Assembly: GCA_051362555.1 (NCBI GenBank)
Contig: CM120641.1
Span: forward strand, 39,376,401-39,440,400
DNA: 64,000 bases
From: Lingula anatina
Lineage: Eukaryota > Animalia > Brachiopoda
Reading direction: 5' to 3'
Every line of letters starts with the position of its first letter. Positions within the stretch are counted from its first letter, which is position 1. Shown here piece after piece: positions 13,201 through 25,826 of the stretch. The notes under the pieces are model-generated. The model was given only the letters and a program-made list of their open reading frames with translations. It made no database searches and was not told the origin of the DNA. The translations under genes and the position numbers were made by a program.

Positions 13201-15309
13201 AGTTGATGCTGGAGAGGAAGCTTCTTTAATTCATCACAGGCATCCTTTTGGTCTCTGAATGTGAAGCTGTTCATTCTGCTTCAAAGAGATTCCTTTTTAT
13301 TGCCAATGTAGAATTGGCAAAACAAATACCTTCAAATTACATGTATGGAAATGTAGCAAGGTTAAGGTTATTTAATGCATTTTGATGTGATTTTTAGCTA
13401 TTTAATCTGTATTCTAAATGTTGGAATTCATTTGTCTCAAAATAGATTGCTCAAAGGATGATGAACTTTATGGCCTGAACCATTGTTTTACCAATTCAAG
13501 TTGAGCACTGAAAATTTAATCTCAGAAGAAGAGTTGATATGCTCTAAATTTTGATAAAAACTTAAAGGATTGGGAAATCTGAGCAGCAAATTGGATATAT
13601 TGTACTAAGCATTTTTTATGCATTCAGTTTTAAAGTGGAGAGTATACAGAATATTAGAATACATTAAGCCATGTTTTAACATAACTTAAATGTCAACACA
13701 TGAAGGTGATGTATTCAACACCTTACCGTGACTGTAACACAAAAAATATTGTTTGCAGATTACTCACATAATATCAAATAAAAAGGGGACTTGCAATGAT
13801 TTAAAGGTATCTTTAGTGACGTAAGTAACAGGTGCTCTCTCCGTTTCATTCATTTTTGTCTGTCATTTTGAAATGGTCAATATACAGATTAGATGTAGCA
13901 CACTTATCCGTGATCTGGAACATGGCTTGGCTATCATTTATGGTGGTTCAATGGGTAATATATAATATTGAAACTCAGAATTAAAAGTTAGCTAGTTTTT
14001 TATCATTGTATATGGTTCTGTTGACTAACATGACATTTATGGATATCTTGGGTATATTTACACTGTAAGTCAAGTGCTACTTTGAAAGTTGCCACACCTG
14101 TATGACAGAAGAGCATATAAGTGATTCAGACAATTGGACTTTAGATGAGTTATTCTGACTGTGAGATCAGTCGTGTTAAGCTAGATTTCACAATATATTG
14201 TAGGTCTTCATCAGCCTATCACATAGAACAATACTAAAGCAATAACCAATCGCACAATTAGATTTCAAATAGCTCTGGGCGTTCTGCTTTTAAAATCAAT
14301 TATCTGTCGTGTTTAAGCATGTTACTTAATCTTGATTTTTTTAGCCAATTAAACAATTGCATAAAGTGGGATTAATGGCTTGGAATTGTTTTTTGTCTTT
14401 ATAATCAAGGGAATCCAATAACATTGATCGGGAAAAACTCTGTTCTGAAATGTCTTTTCACTCGTAGCAGCAAATTTGATTGTGTTATAGAAGTGGCAGT
14501 GTTTGCATCCCTGTTGAACTCTAACTTTATTACTAGTAGCTCAGTTCTCTGTATAATGGTATACACAGATAAAGTCTTTGGGCTGTTCAGAATTTCAGAG
14601 CAATTATCTTAATCTAGCTTTCCTATGCCGAGATGGCTAATACAGACAAGTTTGCCATTTGGCTTCTGGCAGTGGTGGGGAGAAAACAGAACCAGGAGCT
14701 GTTCAGTTTTGTGGAATCAACTGTGTAGAACAGTGGGCATTGTCAGCTCGCAGGAATTGGTTGAACCAGTGGGAGATAAAGTATTGACAGATAGACTTTT
14801 TGATTAGTCTCTCATGCCTGCATGGAGTCTATTTTCAAGGAATATTTAGAACTTAATGATGTTGTGATTGTCTAAATCTGCCAGTTTCCTCATCATTTAG
14901 GAATTTTCTCCATTCATTTGCTTTGATAAGCTTGCTCCGTGGAAGTGCCCTGGCTGAGCCAGATGTCCATGGATCTGGTCCTTCACTCTGACCGCTGTGA
15001 CCTAAAAGAAAAAGAGATCACTGCAGGCAAAGAGCTGAAAGAGGGCAGGAACATTTCTTCATTATAATTAACGTGGGCCAAGCTGTTGCATATTTTAAAT
15101 TTGTGATTCTATTAACTGGTAGCATTACAGATTATCCCAGAGATCATATGGTCACAAGGAAGCAGATGGCACTTTGTTTCATTTTAAGGGCGTTTGAAGT
15201 CTTCAGTCACGCTATGTGACCTGTTGAAAGTGAAATCTGAAGAAGGTGATATTGTAATTTGAATACGGTAATGACTCTTTCACATATATAATTTTGGAAT
15301 CTTATTAAT

Positions 15310-15463
15310 ATATTTTTCGTAGCATTTGTGGTGCTTTTACTATATAGAGTAGAACTATGGGGTAGCCTGCTTCTCAGTTTTGTTGCTGCCAGAAGGAATG
15401 TTTTAATTTCAAAGAATTTTACAATCTAAAAAGAAAAAATACAGTATTTGTAAAATTCACAAT
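15310..15463 (+). repeat. Dispersed ~150 bp repeat, copy 2
   Basis: Diverged direct copy of 10074-10226. Confidence 0.8.
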
Positions 15464-18099
15464 ATTTGATTGAGTCATTACCGTAATCGCAATTAACGGG
15501 GTGAGAAAATAATGCATTTAATTGACATGCCTAAACATCTGTCCCTCAAGAACAGCTTGCACCAAATCTGTCTATAAAGGAGTAACAATTGCACATTAGT
15601 GCAGTCATTACACAGAAGGAGGCTGTTCAGTGGCTGTTCGAGGGGGTCTTAGTGGCGAGCATTTACGCAAGGACTCCTTGACATACAAATGTACATCTAG
15701 ATTATAAAGATATGCGTTGAACTGGCACTTTCACATTTAGGATTAGTGGCCTAGTGTGGTAAAAGGTAAGACTTTGCCATGTGTGAATATGACAGGCCAT
15801 ATGTGAACATGAAAGAACTAAGATGAATGTTGAAGGAAACCATTCAGTATTTCATTTGTAGGTATTCTGACAAGAGATTGCTTTACTGAAACAACGGGTA
15901 TTATTAGTAGTTACCATGTAAGAGAAAGAGTTTCTGTATATGTTAACATGGACTGAGTTGTGAGATCAGAATTCCACAATAATACTGAGAAACAGCATCA
16001 AGGAGAGGAAATAAGATATAAGTAACAAACAAGTTGAAGGATTCAAGGTTTCAGCTTTGGCATGATTCTGGTTTCTTCATCAGGAAATTTAGAGGGAAAA
16101 GGAACAGTGTATCCAAGATTGAATTTGCGAGCTGGCAACTATTCCCATACCTGATAAATCTGCTGGAACTTCATTGTCTGGGCTTCTGTAAATTCTCATC
16201 AAATCCTTCAACGAGACAGTTTAGGCGGCAAGTTTATTTGGACATGGTTTCATCGTTCTATGAGAAGTTGCAGATTTCTACCACTTACTCTGTAGTGGCA
16301 TCAACTGGGGATTTATTTTTCTGATATACGGGATTGAGTGAAGCTCAGATAAATACATGCATCACTTTATCTATAACTGATATCTTTATTGAACCTTCAG
16401 CAATTTAAAGGATTAGGAGATTGCTCTTGGCTGATCTGTCCCAATGGGGTGTAATACTTCTCACACCCAGTCACATGACATAAAGGTTGAAGATGTGAAG
16501 CAACCAGAGGAAGGTTTGCACTCTTCTCTCACTCTCTCTCTCTCTCTCTCTCATATGTCATTTAGGCAAATATATGGGATGATATAAATTATAGAAGATA
16601 AAACTTGCTGAATTTAAACAGGGTTTGCTTTCCAGTTATTATTTTTTCAGTTCAACAATTTTTAATTTTTTTTTTATTATTGGAGCAAGAGGTGAAGAGG
16701 GGAATGTGGAACTGTGAAAGCTGATTGCTATTTGTTTTTCTTTCAAGATTATTGATATAAATTTCAGTTGACATTAAAATTCTAAAAATTGCTCTGTTCT
16801 GTTGTTCCATTTTCATCAGTTTGAGCGTTGATTTATTGTATGGTATTTCCTGTACTGCAAGCTAATCCCTGTCTCCTAGTGGCAGCATTTCTGAGATTTA
16901 TGTTCTTGGTAATCACCATGGGTTAAAGTGCTATCATTGACAATGGCACAGATTTCTTTTTCAGCTTATTAAGAGTGCCATGCCAAGGTGCTTAGGTCTG
17001 ACTTGAAAGTATATTTGTCTTTTAATTTATGCCATTGGTAATGAAAGCGAGTTTGTGGAATTCTAATTCGGGTATCTAAATTATTGAACGTAAAACCTGA
17101 TATGGTGTTTCCGGCTTGGTGTTGATGCCTTTCGATGCTCTAGCCTAATGCTTGTGTTTTGTTAGACATACAGCTGGCAAGACATGTTGTCAAGAATGCA
17201 TTCTTAATGTTGTATAAATGTGTGTGATACTTTGGTGGTGTACTCTGTATCTTAATTGGCAATCAACATTTTTTTTAGGAAGAAAACTTTTTCTTTCGTT
17301 CAGTAGTTTGGTCGTTTCTCTTAGGCGCAGATGTCTGCTATTGCAGCTGTGTATTTACACATTCAGGTTTAAGAACAGAAGAGACATGACATTGATATGT
17401 AACCATTTTCTGCAAAAAGGAGATAATTACTTGCCAGACTGTTTACATATGCATGAGAAAAACATTTCCTTTTGTCATTAGATTTCGCATCAATCCCAGG
17501 TTTTGTTTAGCCAGTTGGTTTCACATTTCTGCCACAGTTTGCTGGCTTATTACACTATCAGAGTCACACGTGTCTATCTGGAAACATTGGCGGTGAATGA
17601 ATATTATAGAGTGTTAATAATGTGATGTAAGGTTTTTGGTAAAGTCATGGAAATTAGGCCCTAAAATTCTGCACCTCCTTTCCACATTTTATCATGGCCA
17701 AAAACATTATAAAGGTGAAAAGAATTGCATTTCTGTAATTTATCAACTATATCTTAGTCCTGATACACTTTTAGAAAGGTGAAGTTCAGCCATTGCTTTA
17801 AACAACACTTCATCCATCATGTTGTCTTAAAAATTAAAACACACACATTGGTATATGTTAACACCATGAATTTCTAAATGTCTTATCTGCACAAATGCAT
17901 ATGAGAATATAAATGAACATGAATATTTTACGCTTATGCATACTTTGGCTTTGCCCACTTTTTATTTTTTTAGGCAACCACAAGCACCAAAAGCCACATA
18001 CCAAACCCATGGTGTGCTGATTTAAGACCCAGGATTGAATCAAGTGCACTGCTATTTTTAGACAAACTCGCATTAAAGTTTTAAATTGTCTCTTTGCAG

Positions 18100-18272
18100 A
18101 GAGAATTGATGGTGTTTCTGTAGGCCCAGGAAAAGTTCTTGGAGCTCCTGGCACTGGTGGTTTATCACGGAATCTGAACCGTGGTATGCATTTATTTCCC
18201 AGCACTCCTACTGGATCTTTGATACAAGTCAACCAAAGTGCTCAGCAAACATCCCAAGCTCAAGAGACTAAG
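18100..18272 (+). CDS. Internal exon of unidentified gene (RIDGVSVGPGKVLGAPGTGGLSRNLNRGMHLFPSTPTG...QETK)
   Basis: TCTTTGCAG acceptor, AAG|GTAAGA donor, open frame, phase-0 exit matching the exon at 22063. Confidence 0.7.
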
Positions 18273-19698
18273 GTAAGACTTGCCTCTCTGTGAGTTGGAC
18301 ATGTGGCCAGAATGACAAATTGTGTGTCTGTGTTCATCCTCAAATTTTCATTTTGAAAATTTATTGATAATATGTATACAATTATATACTTTCGCTTGTT
18401 ATTTAATCAATAGGCTATAGGTGATTTCAGAAGATATTTATTATCTTCTGGCATATTGCTTAAGAGAAAATACATTGAAAAGTGGACATGTATTTTGGAG
18501 CCTGCCTCTGACCACAACTCTAGAACAGTGCAGGTTGCCAGATGTCAATTTATGTACAACACTTTCTCTGATTCTTAAATTAGAAACCATACTTTGAAAT
18601 GTAATGATAGATTGTTGGTGGATGGCTTGTTTTACACATTATCTTTTCACTTGTGTTTCATTATCCATGATATTAATGTAGGAAATGATGGCGGACTGAT
18701 GGAATTCACTGAGATTGAAGTGAAAGGAATTTGATTAAGTTTGAACTTATTTTTGGGTAAAAAGGGTTGAGGGAAAATAATTCTTGGCAGTGAGTCAGAT
18801 GAAAAACTTGACAAGCACATTAAGTGTTGCATCCCTTGGTTTTAAATAGATAGATTAGTTTGGTTTATTGACATTTATGGGGAAATACATGGTGTGTGAA
18901 GTGTACTAAATCATTATTCTCAGAACAAGAGTGAACTTCCAGTTGCTGGAATATAAGCTGAATGCAATACGGGATAACTGTTCAGAATGCCTTAAAAGTT
19001 CAGGTAAAGATTACCTCATCTTTAGCCGTTTGCAGGCCATCCTGTGCTTTTTGTCTCGTTGCTTTCAATGGGGGTGATTGTGTCAAGATGTGATCCATTG
19101 CAGTAGCAGTGACAAGAGACTTGTTATTCAGGGAAATATTAACTCTTTTGTAATGAAAACCAGAGCAGTATGTTGTGTTCTTATCTGTTTTGTTGCACTG
19201 TTATTTCTCTCACATTGTTAATGGTAAAGAAATTGTTTGATCTGATTACCTTTTCATCAGTGGGCAGCAGACCATGCCTGTATTCCTTATAGTGTTATTC
19301 ATTAGTGCCCCCCGAGGGAATATCAATCTATTTTCACCAATAGGTATAGTGATAATTAAATCATTACTTTAGTAGACTTTCTGATTAACAGCATTGACGT
19401 CATTGTTAGCGTAATCCTTCAATATTTTACGCTAGTTGGAAGAAGTGATTTCTGACAGTTCTGTGTGAAGTAACTATGCTGTTTTACGAGGCGTTCTTAA
19501 GAAACCCTGAAGAATTTATACATGTATGAGGCACTCTCATAAGCTGCTGCATTGGTTTTGTCATTTATATTTGATGACCAAGTTTTAAAAGCTCAGAGCA
19601 AAATGCCTGTAAAGCCAGAGTGGTAAAATGAAGGGAGTCCATTACATGGTGTTCACAAGATTTAATGGTATATCAGGTAGGTAACATGTTGGGGAGAT

Positions 19699-19927
19699 CA
19701 GGGGCGAATCCAGAGATTTTTTTCTGACAGTCTTCCAATTTATCTTTGTTGATCCATCCTCCATTTTTGACCGTCTTCTGACAGAAAAAATAAGATACCG
19801 GTCAATATAAACTTGAAAATCTGACCGTCTTCTGGAAGACCCAGAAGACGGTCAGATTTTCAAGTTTATATTGACCGGTATCTAATTTTTTCTGGAAGAC
19901 CCAGAAGACGGCCTCAATCCGCCCCTG
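19699..19927. mobile_element. hAT-like MITE (CAGGGGCG TIR, apparent 5-bp TSD), copy 1, with an internal inverted duplication
   Basis: CAGGGGCGAAT...ATCCGCCCCTG ends; flanks GAGAT/GAAAT; second copy in opposite orientation at 63253-63421. Confidence 0.85.
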
Positions 19928-22062
19928 GAAATGTTTATCTTCTGTTAGTTCATTTTAGATTCTGACTTGTAGACATTCCTCCTAAGTTGTTGTTACAACA
20001 ATGACGTGGCTTAAATTTTACTTTGACACTTTTTACAGTAATGTTGAATGAGAATATAAGACAAATATATTTACCGTATGTCAGGTGAATAAATTAAATG
20101 CACAGAACTTTTAGAAAATTAATTTCTTAAAAATTGTCAGTTCATTTGATGAGATACAACAATTGAATGCAGCCTCTGAAATAACACAAAATTCCATGCA
20201 TTAGCACCTCCTATTTATGTTTTTTCCCATTATGTGGCCATTAAAATTTTGCATGCATTGAAGACTGCTATTCAGGTGGTCATGCTAGCTGAATGTCATT
20301 TTACAGTTATCTACATCTTTATTGTTCATGCTTTAGCACACATACTATCATAGAAAATTTAAATAGGAATGCTTTTGCCATAAAGGCTTTTATAACTGGC
20401 ATAAAAATGATAATCCAAAAATGCAACACTGGAATTATATGTTTTATAATCTCTGGGATGATGGCACTTTCCCAAGCTGTCACTATCCCCCCCCCCTCTC
20501 TCTCTTTATGAGTATGGTACAGAGTATGATATAATCTATACAGTAAGTCAGGATAGGACAATATTCCATTTGCCAAGGTCCCATATATGCACATTTTGAA
20601 TAAGTTGTGTGTGAATTTAAATATAAAAAAGGTTGGCCAGTTATACAGTGCTCTGTTATAATTCAAAGTGATTACAATGGTGCCCATCTTACCAAGCAGG
20701 TGTATATAGCATAGTGGCCAGAATGTTACTGAAGATGATAAGTACAGACATATTTTAGAAGTCTGGAAAGATATATTCCTGCTATAGGTCAAAACATGCA
20801 TCATAATAGGAAAAGAAACTGACAGCAGTATGCAAGAGTGCATAAGAAGATAGATTATTCTGTTTTTCCAGAGCTTGTGTGTGAAACTTGGAAATGCCTT
20901 ACTTTGACCCAGCCTGTATAATAATTTCATGGTTATGGTATTTGTGTCAGGATTTTTTAACATAAAAGGTCAGAATATAAATGTAGAAAGCGTTCAGATA
21001 TACAGTTATAGATGATATACTTTTCAGAGTCACCCAATGCTAAAAAACATTTTACCAATGAATGCAAGTAAGTTATTTTACTTCAAAAAATTGTTCCAAA
21101 ATTGAAATTATTATATTGACAATTTGAAAATTTGACAGACTATAGTTGAAGATTGACAATATTAGATTCTTGTGTCAATTGACTCATATTCATGAAATAA
21201 TTCACAATTTTAGTTACTGTATAGTGTTAGTTGCATCTTGATAAATGATTTAACTCTTGGTTCTTTTTGCCAACAGATGAAAATAATTGGTTTTAAAGCA
21301 AATGCCCACTCTCGTATCAGGGACATAAAACTTTAAATATTTCCGTCTAACTTTAAATGGTATCTATGAAACTACACAAGGAATATTTCTATTTCAAATA
21401 TCTGTTACCTTTCATCAGCAATCATTAATTTCATTTCAATTTAGGTCATTCATGATGTAAATCTGCTGGGTGTCATATTTGTAATGATTCTCTGAAAGCA
21501 CAGTGGTTGACGTAAAAGATATCTTACATAACATATACTAAGCACCTGGTATTGACTGCAGAGGAAAGGACAGCAGACATTTCAAGGGAACGAATGGGAA
21601 TACTATTCCATTAAGCCACTCTTATCATCATGACAACCTTTACAACAAGATCTTCGAAAATCTTGAAAAGTGTGAATTGATCTTTTTGTTACCTGCAGTA
21701 ATAAGTTTTGACACATGCGTCATTTGATGAGGAAGTGAAGCTTTATATTTCTCTAGATTATTTTCTCATCCAGTTTTCTATCCTAGTAACTTGATCATAT
21801 GACCTAACCACAGCAGCTCCTACACCTTTTAGTTGAAAGCATTTGAAAAAAAAAACTTGTCAAACCAAGATGGAACTGGGGTGTACTCTAGTTCATTTAA
21901 CAGTAAATGCACAGTTCTCAAGATATGACGTTTATGGGGGTTCCTGGAAAAGGATTTCATAGTAAGTGGGGGAGAAAAAAGAGGAAGAGAGAGAGAGAGG
22001 TGTATTGTGGGAGGGTGCACACTGGTGCTATAAGTCAATTACTATGAGGGTTTATTCTTCAG

Positions 22063-22408
22063 GATTATTCATCTCCTCCTAACACTCCGAGAGGAGAGGC
22101 AGCAGAGCAGCCTAGTGATCCAACTCCCCTTAGCCAGCAGACAGGTGCAGAGGACAGCCCTGAAATGAACAGGGACACCAAACCTGGGCCAACACAGCCA
22201 AAAGACACAGTGACTGTGACAGTTCAAGGTAGTGACAATAAAGAGAATACCAGCCCTGCCGACACCATGGAGACAGGCACAGAGAAAAAATCACGCCCTC
22301 AGAAGAAAATTGAGCGCCTGCCCAGCGGGCGAGACATCAAGATAGGTGTGGAAACTGAAGATGGCCAGCAGAGCAGTGTTGTGATAGATGTAGCTGAAGG
22401 AGAAGATG
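22063..22408 (+). CDS. Internal exon of unidentified gene (DYSSPPNTPRGE...IDVAEGED), low complexity
   Basis: TTCTTCAG acceptor, G|GTAAGA donor, 346 nt open frame containing track ORF 22165..22455, GC-richer than its flanks. Confidence 0.85.
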
Positions 22409-23089
22409 GTAAGAAAATTATTTATAAAAAACCTCTGTCTAAGATGAACATCTAATATCATTTTTACAGTCTTGTCTTTATCAGTATGGCAAATTTTAGC
22501 TTGGTATAGTGCTCAGATTGATATTCCATGTCTTAATTTGGATCTAGAACCCACTTGTGTCCTAGTTTGGATTAAGTTAATTGTAATGGATTTAATTGTA
22601 ATTAAGTTTACCATGGGGTATTGATCAGGATTAACCTAATTATTATAAAGTTAATAAATTTAATTCTAATTGAAGTGTGTCACTATTACAAGGTATTGTC
22701 TTGGTTGTGAAAGCTACAGAAATCAATATACACAATCACAGATGTGGACGTGTAATCATTGGACTAAATCTGATTCCATCTTAAGTAACAGGATATGTCT
22801 GGTTATCACATTATATAATACTTCCAGTGAAATGGAAATGTCTTGGAATTTGATCACATTTATATAGCTAATCAAGGAAAAGTTTCACAAAGCTAATGGT
22901 TGTCATTATAGTGATATCCACAAAATTTACCTGTATATTAATAAGTGGAGAATTACAGAGCAGCCCCCTTAACCCTGCGATGAGATGCCCAATCTAGCTA
23001 ACTTGGTATTTACGAAACCAGCACCTACATCATTTTACATCCTGTATGATAAGGGTCAATGACCTTGAAGCAGAATTAACATCATTTTT

Positions 23090-23262
23090 GGCTGTATTCA
23101 CAACAGCAGACTAACAAGTCTACAAAGCAAATATGGCCGACACTTCAATGCCTCCCCATGGGGAATCTATTCAGTGTGTATTAGCAGATTAAATGGCAAG
23201 TTTTTTAGTGGGCTGCCATACTTGACCTGCGGACTAGTTAGTCTGCTGTTCTAAATGCAGCC
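23090..23262. mobile_element. Harbinger/Tourist-like hairpin MITE
   Basis: TIR GGCTGTATTCACAACAGCAGACTAAC / GTTAGTCTGCTGTTCTAAATGCAGCC, TTT on both flanks; related to 24977-25190 and 38601-38892. Confidence 0.7.
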
Positions 23263-23402
23263 TTTGACATCATAGTGTTCCTGCATGATAAGGCACTCTG
23301 TTTATACAAAATATTTTTATTCCTATGTCCTGCCCAAAGGGAAAAAAATAATTCTTGGGATTTCAATTTGTTTTGATTTGCTTGCACTGTAGCACTTCAT
23401 GA

Positions 23403-23636
23403 GGCACATTCCAAATGAAACTGTAATTCTACATAGATTGATCCAACTCTGCATGGACTCTGGCTGAATGACAGGTTAACACCTCCTTGTAGCATTAGAA
23501 GAAAACAGAAAAGCTGATGGTTATACAAGTACATTGAAAGCAAGAGGTTAACCTGTTAATCTGATTGCATTCAGCAAGAGTCCCTGCATGGTTGGATCGA
23601 ATTACGTAGAAGAATAGTTTCATTGGAAATGAGCCC
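23403..23636. mobile_element. Harbinger/Tourist-like hairpin MITE, second family
   Basis: Long imperfect terminal inverted repeat; shares CTGATTGCATTCAGCAAGAGT and TATACAAGTACATTG with 39498-39726; partial copy near 28647. Confidence 0.7.
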
Positions 23637-24086
23637 ACAGTTACATGATGCAAAAATAGCAAACGGTGAAACATTAATATTCATCAGTAGTTTACTGTTA
23701 CTGTAATCCAATGCTATCAAATTTTCTTAGGATGCTGAAAAAATATCTCTGTGTACAAAATGAGATGGTGACAGTGTTGAGTTACAAATCAGTTCTTAGA
23801 ATAATATGAGAAAACTTCCTTGATATTTATGTTTGAAATTAAGTATCTTCCTTTTCATCTTAAAGTTTTTAAAAAAGAATTATTATTAAACAGAATAAGA
23901 CGCATATTTCTCTGAATATTTTAAAATATAATCATATCTTGGGCCTGTCATATGTGTATCAATTTATTTTGTTACAGTACACACACATATCTGTGTGTGT
24001 TTGTGTGTGACACTTTTAGTGAACACACAATTCTACTTCTGTAAAGATTAAATGTTATAGTAGCACAGTATTTTCTTTTTTTATAG

Positions 24087-24175
24087 CAGCGGATACTGAA
24101 CCAACCAGAAAGCAATCGATAACTGAGCGTGTGAGCAAGTTAAAATCTTCAGAATCTGTGGTACAGTCCTTAATG
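24087..24175 (+). CDS. Penultimate coding exon of unidentified gene (ADTEPTRKQSITERVSKLKSSESVVQSLM)
   Basis: Poly-T tract with TAGCAG acceptor, ATG|GTAAGA donor; phase 1 in and phase 0 out fit both neighbouring exons. Confidence 0.8.
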
Positions 24176-24976
24176 GTAAGAGAAGAGGATTACTATTTAA
24201 AGATTCTTCCAATAATTTCTCAATAAATAGTATGGATTTCTATATTTGGACACAATGTACATACTGTTATTAAGCTGTCTTTACTGACTCTGTATTGTGA
24301 CTTTGATGCTGTAGACTTCAGTAGAAATGATTTGTGAATGAACAAATAATACCATTGCTTCCCTTAATTTCCAACTTACCGCAGGCATCCGTTTGTCCAA
24401 ATTACATAGTAACTAAACGATTAAAAAATTATTCCTCATTTTACTCATGTTCACATGCATAGTAACCTTTCTCACTTCTTGTGAAAATTGATAATTGCTG
24501 CCGTTGTTGTTGTTATGTGATTCCCCACTGTGAACAGTGACATTTTATTATATCTGAAAAAATTCAAATGTGGGTTTAAATGATACACCTACACCGTGCA
24601 TGTAAGACATTCGTAAACTATTATTATCATTCATTTAGTTCTCGTCTCTTTTTATCAGAAACGCAGTGGAGCACAATTTTTCACATAGGAAAGGTGTTTA
24701 TCACCCTAATGTTTGTATAAGTGTGCATTTTAATTGTGTTGGGAAAAGATGGTATATTAAACTTTCTTATAACCCCGATAACTTATCAAACTTAAACAAA
24801 AACACAAAACAAACACACATGCGTGCACTAAATACTTTCTCTCACTTAAATGGTAAATTCTTGGAAATTTTTGAAGCAAAAGACTTTTTTCATACATGTG
24901 ATGTTTTAAATTTAAATACAATGTGGTCAAATATTTTGCATGAAAATGAATCAATATGATGTAGAAAATCCATTTA

Positions 24977-25190
24977 GGGCTCATTCACTATAATTCAATC
25001 TGCAGACTTCCAGATCTGCAGATCAGTTATGGCCGACCCACTAGAAAGCTAGTTGCATAATCCCCAAATAGACTCTGATTCAGGCTTTAGATTCCCTGCA
25101 GGGATTTTGCAGTAGGCTTTTAAGTGGGTCAAAAATATTTGATCCGTGAATCTGTTAATCCGCCGATCAACTTTGGTTGTGATTGTGTCC
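24977..25190. mobile_element. Harbinger/Tourist-like MITE
   Basis: TTA on both flanks, GG...CC termini; right arm matches the arms of 38601-38892. Confidence 0.65.
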
Positions 25191-25604
25191 TTAGATACAG
25201 TTTGATATATGAATGAATAGGTGAAAAAGGTGCAGTTGACTTTGGGTATTAAGAAGTAAAGCATCTAAAATAAAATTAAACTCTGTTTTAGTGGAGTATT
25301 TTGCACTACTTTTTTGTCTCTCAAATTACTTGCCTCTCAAAGAAAATTTTTGTTCTTTTGATAGATGTGAAATCTGAGTTGGTGGTTGACTTTCTACTTT
25401 CACTTATATACTTATGTTCACTCATCCAGTTTGAATGATATACTAAATATTTTTCTCTAGAATATTTAAAACAAGATGTCCTGTTGAGAAAGGTAATTAG
25501 AGCACCTTTGTATTCAACAACATTTGAATTCAAAACTTTCCATTTAAGATACGCACGATTGTGATATACACTTAATATCCATCTGGATTTTATTTTCTTT
25601 GCAG

Positions 25605-25826
25605 CAAGAGGCCCATGCCAGAGAAAAAGAGTTTGAGCAGCTTCTGACAGAGCACCGTGCTATTTGTAAAGAAATTGAGCGACAGAGCAGCCAAGGAGAG
25701 TTGGATATTCCAAAGGAGGAAGACGAGCTAAAAGTGAAAGAAGATTCAGAGAGCCAAGAGAAGGAGTCTAAAGAAAATGAAGCAAATGACAGTCCTAAAG
25801 CTCAGGAAGCCGGGACATCAACGTAG
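25605..25826 (+). CDS. Terminal coding exon of unidentified gene (QEAHAREKEFEQLLTEHRAICKEIERQSS...GTST*), short coiled coil plus acidic tail
   Basis: TTTTCTTTGCAG acceptor, phase 0, TAG stop at 25824-25826; AATAAA at 26041, 27675 and 28190. Confidence 0.85.
   Translation, partial: QEAHAREKEFEQLLTEHRAICKEIERQSSQGELDIPKEEDELKVKEDSESQEKESKENEANDSPKAQEAGTST

Noticed and set aside
15740-15765. Pol III A-box-like TGGCCTAGTGTGG (tRNA or SINE head)
   Set aside because: No B-box or cloverleaf downstream.
20319-20963. 214-aa hydrophobic minus-strand ORF
   Set aside because: Hydrophobicity reflects AT-rich codons; it crosses a C-run/CT microsatellite and lies antisense in an intron.
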